Below are positions 12,101 to 27,100 of a DNA stretch of 64,000 bases, in pieces. Origin of the DNA: Bugula neritina. Taxonomy: Eukaryota > Animalia > Bryozoa. The position numbers and the translations under genes were made by a program. The DNA lies in the NCBI GenBank assembly GCA_964035545.1, contig OZ037767.1, positions 2,801,680 to 2,865,679 on the forward strand. The letters are read 5' to 3'. Within the stretch, counting starts at the first letter, position 1, and every line of letters begins with the position of its first letter. The notes below the pieces were generated by a model. The model did no database searches. It was not told the origin of the DNA and worked only from the letters and a program-made list of their open reading frames with translations.

Positions 12101-15100
12101 TAGTATATGTGCTATACTCTACTAGTACATGTGCTATACTCTACTAGTACATGTGCTATACTCTACTAGTACTACACGTGCTATACTTTACTAGTACATG
12201 TGCTATACTCTACTAGTACATGTGCTATACTCTACTAGTATATATGCTATACTCTACTAGTACATGTGCTATACTCTACTAGTACATGTGCTATACTCTA
12301 CCAGTACATGTGCTATACTCTACTAGTACATGTGCTATACTCTACTAGTACATGGGCTATACTCTACTAGTACATGTGCTATACTCTACTAGTACATGTG
12401 CTATACTCTACTAGTACATGTGCTATACTCTACCAGTACATCTGCTATACTCTACTAGTACACGTGCTATACTCTACTAGTACACGTGCTATACTTTACT
12501 AGTACATCTGCTGTACTTTACTAGTACATCTGCTGTACTCTACTAGTACATCTGCTGTACTCTACCAGTACATCTGCTATACTCTACTAGTACACGTGCT
12601 ATACTCTACTAGTACATGTGCTATACTTTACTAGTACATCTGCTGTACTTTACTAGTACATCTGCTGTACTTTACTAGTACATCTGCTGTACTCTACTAG
12701 TACATCTGCTATACTCTACTAGTACACGTGCTATACTCTACTAGTACATGTGCTATACTTTACTAGTACATCTGCTGTACTTTACTAGTACATCTGCTGT
12801 ACTTTACTAGTACATCTGCTGTACTCTACTAGTACATCTGCTGTACTCTACTAGTACATCTGCTATACTCTACTAGTACACGTGCTATACTTTACTAGTA
12901 CACGTGCTATACTCTACTAGTACATGTGCTATACTCTACTAGTATATATGCTATACTCTACTAGTACATGTGCTATACTCTACTAGTACATGTGCTATAC
13001 TCTACCAGTACATGTGCTATACTCTACCAGTACATGTGCTATACTCTACTAGTACATGTGCTATACTCTACTAGTACATGTGCTATACTCTACTAGTACA
13101 TGTGCTATACTCTACTAGTACATGTGCTGTACTCTACTAGTACATCTGCTGTACTCTACTAGTACATCTGCTGTACTCTACTAGTACACGTGCTATACTC
13201 TACTAGTACACGTGCTATACTCTATTAGTACATGTGCTATACTCTACTAGTACATGTGCTGTACTCTACTAGTACATCTGCTGTACTCTACTAGTACATC
13301 TGCTGTACTCTACTAGTACATCTGCTGTACTCTACTAGTATATATGCTATACCCAGGTCAACCTGATCATGATCCCAACACCCACCACTGTCTCTGTGGA
13401 GCTGATGCAGATCTCATTATGCTGGGTTTGGCTACGCACGAACCTTACTTCACTATCATCAGGGAGGAGTTCAAGCCGGGCAAGCCCCGTCCCTGTGAGA
13501 TATGTGGACAGATTGGTCACGAGGCTAAGGAGTGTACTGGAGCTGCTAAGGAGAAATCTGGAGAGGTGTGTAGCCTCTGCTCCTAGTAGTTATTAGACTT
13601 AGGTCCTGTGTGTCGGCTGTAACTAGATTTTTCACTTCCTTTTTAAAGCGGGCAATAAGTGTCTGTATTACCTATGATATGATATTGATATGATACTCGA
13701 TATGATATGATATTATATGGATATGATATGATATTATATACAATATGATATATTACCTGTTAGGTGTAGGATGAAGTGTGTATTTATGATATGTGCAAGT
13801 AAAGGAGTCACCATTACTTAATAGTTATTTACACTTTAATTTGAGGGGATATATTTCACTTTTTAGTCTCTTCCATCCTGTTTTGGTGGTCAATAGCATG
13901 GTTATGGGATAATACAAACTTGATATTGTACAATACTGTATATTATACTGCTATAATACCGTATTATACACTGCTATAATACCGTATTATTCACTGCCAT
14001 AATAACGTATTATACACTGCCATAATACTGTATTATACACTGTCATAATACCGTATAACACGTTGCAGCACGACGAACTAGAGACCATAGCCCCGAGTGA
14101 AGTAGAGTTTATCTTCATCAGACTGAACGTACTGAGGGAATATCTATCCCGGGACCTCTACCTCTCCAACATCAACTTCAAGTATGACTTTGAGGTGCGT
14201 TCCTTCTAGACACCAGATGTACAATATCAGAATAGTAGATACATCATGACAATGGCAATTTTATCGTAGTACTTCTAACTATTTACTGTACTGGTTATAT
14301 TGTACTGTGAAAGAGAAAGGGAGTTATCACACCATGTCTGTGTTGTAGAGGGAGTTATCATACCATGTCTGCGTTGTAGAGGGAGTTATCATACCATGTC
14401 TGTGTTGTAGCGGGAGTTATCATACCATGTTTGTGTTGTAAAGGGAGTTATCATACCATGTTTGTGTTGTAGAAGGAGTTATCATACCATGTCTGTGTTG
14501 TAGAAGGAGTTATCATACCATGTCTGTGTTGTAGAGGGAGTTATCATACCATGTGTGTGTTGTAGAGGGAGTTATCATACCATGTTTGTGTTGTAGAGAG
14601 TGCTGGACGACTGGATATTCATGTGTTTCTTTGTCGGCAATGACTTCTTGCCTCACCTGCCGAGCTTGGAGATCAGGGAAGGTGCTATTGACAGACTAGT
14701 CAGGATATATAAGGAGACCATCAGTCACACCGGGGTGAGTCATATGTTAGATTCTAGTTTACTGAGAGTGTGTGTTGTATGTACTTACCTACACTTACCT
14801 ATACATACTTACAGTGTATGGACACTGTAAGTGAACTTACTTGCACTTAGTTAATGTGTGTGTACATCTGCTAAACGACACCCAGTTGTATCAATCATAC
14901 TTGAGCTGAGCTTGATTTTGTTGTTAGGGTTACTTAGCAACCGCAGGAGAAGTGAATCTCGCCAGAGTTCAGGTGGTGTTGAGTGCCTTAGGTGAAGCTG
15001 AAGATGAAATCTTTAAAAGTAGAAGAGAAGATGAGGTTTGTTCACTTGCTGGTTGCTCTGCTTGGTGTGTAGTTGACAGTGCATGGTATGTTGACAGTGT

Positions 15101-18100
15101 ATGGTATGTTCTAGAACATGTCTATACTTGGCCACTCAGTACTAGTTATATTGTGAAATGAGTATTCCATGCTACAAAGACTCTCGCCTTTGCTCCATGT
15201 ACCACAGCTGCATGTTCACACAGGGAGAGGAAACTTTCTTACCTTTATGATGACTCATTAAAGTTTACTTTGTATTCTGTAGTTGAGATTCAGAGCTCGA
15301 AAGAAGAATGAAAGGAAAAGAAACAGGGTGAGTAGTCACTGCACTACTGCTACTAATACTACTACTACTACTAGTACTGCTACTACTATTACTACTACTA
15401 CCACTACTACTACTACTACTACTACCACTGCTACTTCTACTACTACTACTAGTACTACTACTACTACTACTACTACTGCTACTACTACTGCTACTACTGC
15501 TACTACTACTACTACTGCTACTGCTACTACTACTATTACTACTGCTACTACTGCTACTACTACTATTACTACTGCTACTGCTACTGCTACTACTACTACT
15601 ACTACTGCTACTACTACCACCACCGCTATGACTTGCTGTAACACTGCTGCTGTGTACTAAAGATGCAGGAAGATCAGTGGTCGAAGGCTCAGAGACCTGG
15701 CTTCATGGGAGGTCCTCAGCTGTATAAACCGGGTCAAGGTCAAGATCAAAAGTACACGAAAGAAGGAGCGGCTGCTATGAGAACAGGAAACAATATGGAT
15801 GCCGCTGCGAGCCTCAGATCGATGCTTTACAAAGATGGAGAAAGCTCCACTGCCAATGTAAGAATCTGTTATTGTTTTGATTAATTTTAATTGTCTTAGA
15901 TTGGATGACTTATATTTGCTGACTTAGTTTTCCTCACTTAAAGTTGCTGCCTTTAATTTGCTGACGTTTGTTTCAGAACTCATCCAGTCAGCCAGCTGCC
16001 GGTCAGAAGAGAAAAATGGAAGACTCCGACTCTGAACCTGAGCCAGAAGATGACGTCAAGTGAGTTTCAGCAGGAGTTGTGTTTTCAACTGTAGCAGTGG
16101 GAGTTGTGTTCTCAACTGTAGCAGTGGGAGTTGTGTTCTCAACTGTAGCAGTGGGAGTTGTGTACTCAACTGTAGCAGTGGGAGTTGTGTACTCAACTGT
16201 AGCAGTGGGAGTTGTGTTCTCTGGTACAAATCCTGAAACTATGCTAAAGTTCTGAGTGTCTCTTTTACTTGTCTCTATAAAGCTGTAAAAAATTCAAGAA
16301 TGTTAGCTTGGGTTGTGTGGGTGGAGCTGTGTGCCATATGTGGGTGTGTTCACTTTAATTTCATCCTAGTGACTGTGTTTAGTCTTAGTTTTATCCTCAG
16401 TGTCTTTGTCCCGGTGTCTTACATAAATAACCTACAAATATTGCTGACGATGTTTAGTGCGTTGCTTGTTGCTTGCAGATTGTGGGAGGGCGGCTGGAAA
16501 GGCCGGTACTACGAGAATAAGTTTGGTGTGGACATAGACGATGTGGAATTCAGGCACACTGTAGCTCACGCTTATGCTATTGGTCTGTGCTGGGTGCTGA
16601 GGTGAGTGCATTAGTACCTTTTGGTAGTCGCTATCTAGGTCAATGTATGTATAGTACTCGCTATCTAGGTCCATGTATGTAGAGTACTCGCTATTTAGGT
16701 CAATGTATGTAGAGTACTCGCTCTCTAGGTCAATGTATGTAGAGAGCTAAATATCTAGGTCAATGTATGTAGAGTACTCGCTATCTAGGTCAATGTATGT
16801 AGAGTACTCGCTCTCTAGATCAATGTATGTAGAGTACTCGCTATTTAGGTCAATGTATGTAGAGTACTCGCTCTCTAGGTCAATGTATGTAGAGAGCTAG
16901 ATATCTAGGTCAATGTATGTAGAGTACTCGCTATCTAGGTCAATGTATGTAGAGTACTCGCTCTCTAGGTCAATGTATGTAGAGTACTCGCTCTCTAGGT
17001 CAATGTATGTAGAGTACTAGATATCTAGGTCAATGTATGTAGAGTACTAGATATCTAGGTCAATGTATGTAGAGTACTAGATATCTAGGTCAATGTATGT
17101 AGAGTACTAGATATCTAGGTCAATGTATGTAAAGTACTTGCTATCTATAATCTAGATAAAGACCGCCCAAAACCTCGTACCTACCAGACCTTTTACCTCT
17201 ACTCTATTATTTCATGTATATCTATACAACACAAGAAGCAGGATTAAGAGGTCTTGTCTTTTCTTTCTTTTAGGTATTATTTTCAAGGTTGTGCCTCCTG
17301 GAAATGGTACTTCCCCTACCACTACGCTCCGTTCGCCTCTGACTTCATCAACATCGGTGATCTATCCAATGACTTTGAAAAGGGCACCAAGGTTACTAGA
17401 ATTCACTCATGAATTTCCATATATCTTCTTTCCTTTATATTATATTGTGATATAAAGTTCTGTTCCTTTGCTATTCTACATTTGTTATATACTACATTAC
17501 ATATATTAAACATATTTCTAATGCAGTATATTTTTTATAAATGTTACAAAGAAAGCTATCTTCTATATTATTGTCTGCTAATTGCGTATTATTAATCTGT
17601 CTCTCTCACAGCCATTCCAACCGTTTGAGCAACTGATGGCGGTGTTTCCTGCCGCCAGCCAGGCTCACATCCCGCCCTCGTGGCGCCCTCTAATGTACGA
17701 ACCGGACTCACCTATCATTGACTTCTACCCTACCGACTTCAGAATAGATCTCAATGGAAAGAAGTGGGCGTGGATGGGTAAGATCTTTGCGTACTTTGAA
17801 TACTTTTTATGACATCATCTGCAGCACAGGTTGTGTTTCGGCTGTTTAATACTTCATATATTCATCTAGAAATGAATTTTCCTCAACACTCCCGAGCATA
17901 TTTCTGTCTTATTTCCCAGTCTTAATATTGTGTCAGGGGAAGATGATTCATAACATCTAACTGGTTATGTTGTTCCCTAGAGTTGACTACTGCCTCTTGT
18001 TGCTGCATTTAGCTTTTTTTCTTGTTCACTCGCTGCCTGTTCACTCCCTGCCTGCTAACCTGCTCCTGCTAACTCACTGCTGTTCACTTGCTGCCTGTTG

Positions 18101-21100
18101 TACCTGACAGGTGTGGCGCTGCTGCCGTTTGTGGACGAGAAGAGACTGCTTGCTGCCGTGCGGCCGCGTTACTCTGACCTGACAGAGGAGGAGAAAAGCC
18201 GAGCTGTGAAAGGCAGCGACAGACTGTTTGTCAGCAAGTGGCATCCGTCTCACGATTTCCTCGTCTCTCTGTATGAAGAGGATGACGAGAAGGTGACCTT
18301 GAGTTGGCCTTGGCCTTTATCTAGACTCATAAGTTGATATAATATACTGTTGTTGCAGCTACTGCTCTACTACTACTACTACTACTAGTAGTACTACTAC
18401 CACTAGTAGTAGTACTACTACTATACTACTACTGCTACTACTACTACTACTACTAGTACTACTATTACTGCTGCTGCTGCTACGGGTAAAAAGTTTTTTT
18501 TAGATGTCATTTATATTTCAGTCAACAAGTTATTACTCTTTGATATTAGAGTTGTTGTATATTTAATTACGGAATGCTCTAATACTTTTGAGGGTCACAC
18601 AAGCCTCATTCACTATTTTAATATATATGTATATTGATGGATAGATTGTGGTAGTGGTGTGTTGTATATTGTACTTTTCTAAGTATATTCTATGATTGTG
18701 TTTTGCAGCCCTTGACTCTAGTCACCAACTTAACTCAGGGTATGCTGGGAACTGTAAGTAAGGACGCATACGCTACCCTGCCTAATGAGTAAGTATTTCT
18801 TAGATATCAGGCTATATTGTATGACATTGAAATTTACAAATAACTTGCTTCATATTTTGCATGAATTCTTTACTTAAACAAATGTATTTTAGGACCGTAC
18901 CATCACCAGTCCCCCAGTTCTGTGACAATATCAAAAACAACAAGGCTATTATGTAAGTCCTCTCTACTTATATATATTCTATTAGCTTTATTAGCTCTAT
19001 TAAATACAGTATTTTTGTATTTCGCATCACGTGTGCTTTTGTCCGTAACAAGTAATGAGTTTATAAAATCAACATGGTAATGTACCAGCCTGATGTTATG
19101 ATAGAGTAACTTATATTGGTTTAACTATCCACCACTGTGAGAACCCCTGGCGAGAAAGGGTTTTTATGTGGTCTAAGAAGTGTGCCTTTCACCACGGTTT
19201 GGGGTAGTTATGAGCTTTTCTTGGCATTACCAGTAGTCTGGCTTGTATTCAACTCCATACACTGTGTCATACTAAAACAGTGCTGCTTCTAGTGTTATAG
19301 AGTGTGGTATTAGAGAATGTGGTATTATATATTACATTATCTTGTAGGGTGAAGTATGAAGACCCTGTATATGATGAACATCATGTCTTCCCAGCCATTA
19401 TGTTACCAGGTGCCAAGTGAGTATTACATCTCTTAGCGTTCTTACACAGGCTTAGTGTCTGTTGAAACTTCACTCTGTCCATCTAATACAGAGTTATCTG
19501 CTCACTCTATCTAATACAGAGTTGTCTACTCACTCTATCTCATACAGAGTTGTCTACTCACTCTATCTCATACAGAGTTGTCTACTCACTCTATCTCATA
19601 CAGAGTTGTCTACTCACTCCATCTAATATAGAGTTGTCTACTCACTCTATCTAATACAGAGTTGTCTACTCACTCTATCTCACACAGAGTTGTCTACTCA
19701 CTCTATCTCATACAGAGTTGTCTACTCAATCTATCTCATACAGAGTTGTCTACTCACTCTATCTCATACAGAGTTGTCTACTCACTCTATCTCATACAGA
19801 GTTATCTGCTCACTCTGTCTCATACAGAGTTGCCTGCTCAATCTATCTCATACAGAGTTGTCTACTCAATCTATCTCATACAGAGTTGTCTACTCACTCT
19901 ATCTCATACAGAGTTGTCTACTCAATCCATCTCATACAGAGTTGTCTACTCACTCTATCTCACACAGAGTTGTCTACTCACTCTATCTCATACAGAGTTG
20001 TCTACTCAATCTATCTCATACAGAGTCGTCTACTCACTCTATCTCATACAGAGTTGTCTACTCACTCTATCTCATACAGAGTTATCTGCTCACTCTATCT
20101 CATACAGAGTTGTCTACTCAATCCATCTCATACAGAGTTGCCTGCTCACTCTCTCACACAGAGTTGTCATCTCTGTCTCTAGGCTTCCAGCAGCTACACT
20201 GAAACCTGAAGATCTTCAGAAAGATAACAGAGGGAATTACGGCAACCAGCGTGGTAGGGGACGGGGACGGGGCGGCTACCGTCCCCAACTAGGTTTCACT
20301 CCAAACTCTGGTTACAGACAGAACAAAGACTCTGGTCCTGCCAACAGAATGTTAGGGTAAGACAACTCTACACTCTATGTTTATTGGTTGCCATGACTAC
20401 TGTATGTAGCAAATATTTAGTAACACATGACCTTGGCATATATATATGAAGTGCATGCATCACAACATCGAGTTATATTAACTTCTGAATTATAGTTGCG
20501 ATACGCTAGCATGCTGGCTTATATTTTATAATTTTTTTCCTAGCATCATTTGTTAGCCATAGTACTTCAAAAAATAAATCTTGCCCTAGTATATTGTGTT
20601 CTGTTTAGAATTACTATGGCGTGTATCTTATTGTTGATGCTATTTGGCTATTCTATTTTAGAGCTTCTTTACACGGTGCGGAATCTAGCAGAAATTACGG
20701 CAATTCTGTACCCCCACCCTCATCTTATGGTAAGATCTGGCTCTATGCCTCTCTGCTTCAAATCTTCTCTCTTCCCACTGCTTCCTCTTAGTATTAATTT
20801 ACTTCTGACTTTGGAGTTGTCATCACAAGCTAGCATGAGTTGAATGATATAAAATCATGTTTTTTATTCTCGCAACCCACCTCGGGGCATTCACATTAGG
20901 CTGAAACTTCTGACATGCTCTTCATAAGCTGACTATTTCCTCTTCCTGTCAGCTCTGCTGTCCAATTCTCTATCCTTACCAGTTATTATACCGAGTCTTA
21001 CCAAACTCTCACTAATAACTGTTATGTTAGTTACAACTCTTCACCTGTGTCAACATACATACTCAGTTTAATATACTAGCTGCTAGCATAGTTGTGAACT

Positions 21101-24100
21101 TACTCAGTGAACTGACCTTCATACTTACTCCGTAAAATTATCTACATGCTTACTCGGTGAACTAAAATCAAATATTAGTATTTTTGTCATTTTAATGAGC
21201 TTATATTGACATTTATACTATTTTTATTTTTGCATAGACTTGTACACTACAAAAAAACAATATGTATTATATGTTGTTTGTATACAAAGGATATATGCAA
21301 TGTTATGTTCTAACTTGTAAAAAGCTATACCACTGTTACCATACCAGTTATATTATGTCACGGTACCATATACCATTGGTGAGGACCTCAGGGCATGTTT
21401 TTATTTATAGTAGTATGCATCATCTCAAATAGTCACATGACAGTAAATACAATTCGGGAGTGTTGGGTTCGAGAATTAAAATGTTGAAAAAATCAATCAA
21501 TCAACAACTGAAAAGACATAATATTTTATTTTATTCAATGCGACACCTTCTTGCGTCAGCATTCCTGTGACAGCAGAAAGACTTTTCACACTTGATAAAA
21601 TGAATATCTACAATTACTAAATATATTACCAAATGAGAGTAACATATCTAATTGAAATGCTTTTTTTCTGAGTTGATGAAGAAAGTATAACACATGTATT
21701 TTAAAAACTCAACGGCTATATGAGTTGGAATAATGTAAAATGATATAATGTGTGCTCAATGCATTAGGTTATGAATATAGTATACTGATAACATTAGGTG
21801 ACACTTGGGTGATGAAATGCTCATGTTATATGCAGCTGAATGTTGTAACAGTCTCAGCCACCTATCTGCAACATGTGACCTCCAATCTGTTGAATATTTT
21901 ATTTATTTGGTTTAGTATTAAATGAGTCCGTCTAATATATCTATTTATATACTCTTAGATTTATGAATCATCAAATATAATGATATCATATTCTAGTTTG
22001 TTCAAAGGTTTAATGCCTTAGTTTAATAAATAAGCGCATATTTTGAGCACTTCACTCGGCCAATATGTGTTTATTTCTTATACGTTGGCCCACAAGATCT
22101 GACATGTACGGAGATTAGTCACCTGACATTCTAATTGCTGCCAATCGTGGTTGAATGAATACATCCCACAGTTACTTTCTCTTCTCACGCCCAAGATTCA
22201 TCGCCGCAGGATTCCCTTGCCTTGGGGTATTTCTCTTTAAACAAAAACCCATTGTGTAGCAGTGTTTTAGTGTATTTATCCCAAACTGTAGGAGCTAAGA
22301 AATTGTATAATTGTTTTAGACTGGAAGTATTTTTAGAATAGCTTGACCACAAAGCTCTTGATGGTTTAGGGATACAAGTTTCTCTATTGTTGCTTGACAC
22401 TGATTATATGTGACACCATTCAGCTCTTTGTTTCAGGAGAGACAAACACAGGGATTGTTCTGCAGTGTGCTACCGTTTTACGGGTCAATTAAGTGACATG
22501 CATTTTTTTATCATTTTTTTCTTGTTTTTAACTAATTTGTGGCTCTTTTGAACTGGCAACTGTAATGTCATCAACACCTACTAGCTCAGCTGATGAAATT
22601 AAAGTTGGTAGTATTTGAGGAATGTAACTGATTCCATGAGGGTATCATTCTCAGTTATGTGTACATTCGGGGTTAAATCAACAAACTGACACTTCGTCTT
22701 TAGGCCACTTCTGTTGCGACTGTAAAACTCATTCTTCTACTCAAAAATCGTCTGCCATTTTAAATAAATTGAACTTATATGAAATTATATCAGTCAATCG
22801 TTTCATCGTTCATCTTACAAGTCATTATAAAACTTAGCAGTTATTAAAAAAATCTGATTCTTTTAGAACTTTGCGAGTTTACTGAGCATGCGTGACTCAT
22901 AGCCTACTCAGTCGCCTTCGCCTGTCACTTCACTGGAATTTGCATATTTTGACATTCCCACCTCTCCAAATTTGTTTGCTTGAGAATTTTTCAACTACAT
23001 TTGCATTCTCAATCGCTGACAAGGAAAATCAAATTGCAATAACTGAAAGTTTAGTTGTTTTAATACAGTTTTATTATATTATCTGTTTAAAATTATAATT
23101 TATTTTACCTGGATTTTATTTTTAAAAATTAAAATGACTAGTTGTCTTGCTAAGAAATAAACCAACGACTAAATTGACTTAATATTGTGTCGCGGTTTTA
23201 GAAAATATAAATAAGCAGTTCCTGCAATGTAGAAAGTTTCAGCACATCAGTTATTTTTATTTTTACAATGAGTCATTCATGGCTGGTTTAGTGCAGAGTT
23301 TATTTTTTGTTGCTTTGATTCATTAAGTAATCTGTCAGTCTGCTCAGCTTTATCCGTTATGATTGGCTGTCTTCATACGGAGGATCCGCATAAATATGTG
23401 TTTGGTTAAAAAAAGATATGAAATCACGACTGAATGTATACAGCATATGCATCGACAAATACCATAATCCAGTAAATGCTCACTGCATATATGCATAGCT
23501 GTAAGGTTCTTTTGTTCTTTCAGTTTACTTACAAATTAGTGTAACATGTCAGAGATACAGGAAGTTGCGTAGCCTTAGGTCTTGTGCTGTTACTGCACAG
23601 GCAGAATGGGCATATTTCACTTGCCCTCAGCTGTAGTTTTTTACCAGCTTTAGTGTCACTTTTTTGCTAATAGAATTTACTCAAAGTCTGTTTACTCTTC
23701 ACACCATTTAAATTCGAGGCTATCTGGTACCAATATATGGGAGTCATTTTCTCCTGTATGCTACAATGTAACAAAGTGGCTTTAATGTGTTCAACACCAC
23801 ACAAGGCTTGCAACCACTCACTAATGTGTGATGAGTGCTCAAGTTCTCAATATATACAACTAGTTGTGTGAAAATATAGTTTTAATTTTCTTACTTCTGC
23901 AAACTTGAAATTCGCATTGCGTCTACATTGTGTAGACCTACTTGTGAATACCCACACTTGGCTAATAAGTTTTTAGTCTTGATTTTTGTTTGCTAAATAT
24001 AGCATGTTTTTACAAACTATATATACTAAACCCATTATTTTCCGTCTATCAACATCTGTGTGCTGCGCACATAACTGCGGAGGTGTTATGTTGTTAACGA

Positions 24101-27100
24101 GTAAATACAGAGTAAATACAGCGGCATGCAGTAAGACTGGCTACAGCTCCGGCCATACACTACTACGTCTAATCCTCACTGACACTAAGTGGATTCCATC
24201 CTATTGCACTTCAACAAAATGGCTTTGCAGACTCGCAGTAAAATGACATCCTAAACATTTACAAAAGATTTGCATAATTCTCTGTATTGAGATGTCGTGG
24301 TGGACCTCCTTGAAGCATCTGTGTTACCCTGTTACATTGTCTACCATGTGTTGAAGAGCAGGCAGAGTACCTTTAAGAGCTGCGCTTCAATTAAATTTAT
24401 GTATAAAGTATAAATATGTTGCGCGTTAACGCACTTGTTGATGTATTAAACTAGTCCGTTGAAACTAATGGAAATTCTCCTGCAAGTGTATCAAATTTGC
24501 AGAGTTCAAGTGTTAGTTTCAGCAAATTTTGAAATATGCTCATAAATTGAAGTCCCAATAATTTAAATGCATTATTTCAACATTGTCCTTTAATAATTAA
24601 GATACTAGAAAAATCTTGCAGTTTTTCGGAAATTAATTCATTTAAAGTACGACTGTTCATATTTGTTGGTTTTGTACTAAAAACCTGCTTTGCATACAAT
24701 CCTTATGAAATATAAACGCAGTTTCAAATAAAATCACTTCAAGATAGAAAGCTTGCTATTCATTATTAGTGTTTTCTATTTGTGAAGTAGATTAAAAGTT
24801 ACTTCAAAAGCATTTAAAAATACATTTTCCAAAGAGAAACATAAATTAATTGCCACAAAACTTTATACTTCAGCATTGTTTTATAAATTAAAAAAAAAAA
24901 CTACCGGCTCAGTGAAAAATCAGGTCTTGCCATGTAAGTATATTTACATGTGCAATAATTGGGTCAACATTTTTAGATATTTGAGAATTGTTGTGGGCGC
25001 ACACACAGGGAGCTCAGAAAAGCTGCTAATCGGAATAATTTAAACTGAAATAATAATTAATATTATTTGTATGTGTCAAGCACTGCAGTGTCAAAAAATA
25101 TACGACCTTTATTGATGCAACATTAAACCTAGCTGATGTGTATATAACAGTATAGGCATACATATCAAATCTGCCTCTCAATGTATAAACAGGTGTTGAA
25201 TCTGACAAATATTTCTGCGTAATTGTGTAGTTTCTGCAACTTTATATTTTAATTTCGTTTATCAATGGCTGCAAATGTCCACAAAGATATTGTAGTGAAC
25301 GGCATAAGTACACTTTTATATACATATATAATAAGGTAAATGGTGCTAGGGAAAGTCAAGTGTATTTATAGTAGGTGTAGTTTGTAGTAAATCAAGTAGC
25401 GCAGTTAAGGAGGGCTGTGGAGAGGTACTTGGTAAAGGCGGAGTGCTATCACTCTTTACTACCTCTTATGCCAAGAGAGTCTCTTAGAATAACTGATCTA
25501 TGTAGTTGAAGGGTTGTCCAGCATCACTTCTACATTGTAACTTTTAATAAACTGTGAGTGTTCTACAATCCTTATTCTAATACTAGGTGTAATGTTTCAC
25601 CTGCAGTATCACCACTCAATATGTTTATTTTCCACTCTGATTTTTTGAAAGAATTGTATTTTGTGGAATCTGTTTTGAAATAATTCGAAAGAAGTTTATA
25701 TTCATCATTAGTTTGTGTCTCTTACTTCTGGATACAAAATCAAGTGTGTTTCTTTATAACTGAAAATTAATATAAAAATGTCTGACCATTGAACCTAAGA
25801 GATGAATGAACAAAGTTATCTCTTATAATAAACTGCAAGCAATATTGTGTCTATGCAGGACTACATACATGTATGTCATACAAATTAAGATAGTTGATAC
25901 TATATCGTTGTATTTTAATTGTGCTTTTGCTGTTGAAATTGAAAGAACTTGATTTAGTCATGTTTCAAATAATGGCAGTATCTTGGTGACTACCTTTGCT
26001 TGCTGTTGGTATGAATACGCAAACATCTGTGTACAGCAAGCTATGAGCGTATGCAACTTTTTCCTTTACCATCATAAAGCCTAAATGCTTTTACCAGTAG
26101 CTCTTTGGATTTCAGCTATAATATTTTGTGAGCATGAGCGCAGATTTGAAGGTCTAACAGTTCAATATTAGTTTCTTTAAATTATGCCAATTTCGTGGGT
26201 GCAGTTATAAGTCATAGTAAAAAGAGTTTTGATGTTAAAACGGTTAAAACTTCACAAAAACTTAGTGCATCAAATTGGATGCCCTGCAATAGTATGTCAC
26301 ACGTTTTATCTGGCTACAATTCCAATTAAAAAGTAGTCTTATATCACCAAACAAAAAAATATATTTTAGCTGCTTTTAATTTCCTGTGAGGAGCAATGCG
26401 GCATATAGGGTAAACATCTACAGTAAAAAATGCTCATATTTTTCTCAAGGGTCCTTCACCAACTTCTTGATTACGTGAGAGTCATTTGCAAAGCAAAAAG
26501 TGTTTTAAATTTGTATGACAATAAAGAAAAGTAGTGCTTATTGCAACTATGATCTGGTAATGTTGTTAGTTGAAGGGGTTTTAGCATATGTCATTGTAAT
26601 ATATACTACAATGTCTAACCTAGTTTAAATATATCAGTTTCATAATATAACATGGTAACCAAGTTAGTGTGTTAATAAGTTTTGCTCTCACTTTCTGCTG
26701 AGATACGAATTTAATTATACGATATGCTATAACCGCCCTGTAATGAACCTGGTATATTGAAAGCTGATGATATTTCTAAAATGACTCTAAAAACATCGCA
26801 ATATTGTCAGAAAAGATGACTTCATGGACGAAACTAATATAGCTGAATTATAGATATTAGATACTTTATTAACACTCAAGGGTGCTACTAAATGCTTTTA
26901 CCTAAAAACTGTAATAACTATAGGTAGCTGGTTCTCACTGCCAATTGCCTTCGTGTCGTTTCAAGTGGCCGTAGTTAATTATTGTATCTTTCACCAATAT
27001 AATCAGTCTGAGCCACTTGAGTTGGGACACGTATTGATCCCCCTAAAGCATCTCATTAAATTCTACATGCTAGGAAAATTACTTCTTTCAATACAAACAT

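Noticed and set aside
11292-13352. CRISPR-like appearance of palindromic repeats (also 56550-57120)
   Set aside because: Units are head-to-tail with no unique spacers, there are no cas genes, and the context is a eukaryotic intron.
15283-15660. Mucin-like poly-Thr ORF
   Set aside because: Read-through of a 45-nt XRN2 exon into an intronic (ACT)n tract.
19662-20202. Three overlapping long ORFs (154-232 aa)
   Set aside because: Translations of a 28-bp minisatellite. Only 20183-20356 is a real XRN2 exon.
21095-21172. Minus-strand ag-TTCACYGA-gtaag micro-exon-like motifs
   Set aside because: More simply a short degenerate repeat. There is no host gene to attach them to.
22050-24400. Possible decayed transposase or HECT-like fragments in the large XRN2 intron
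   Set aside because: Multiple stops and no diagnostic motif, terminal repeat or target-site duplication that I can support by eye.
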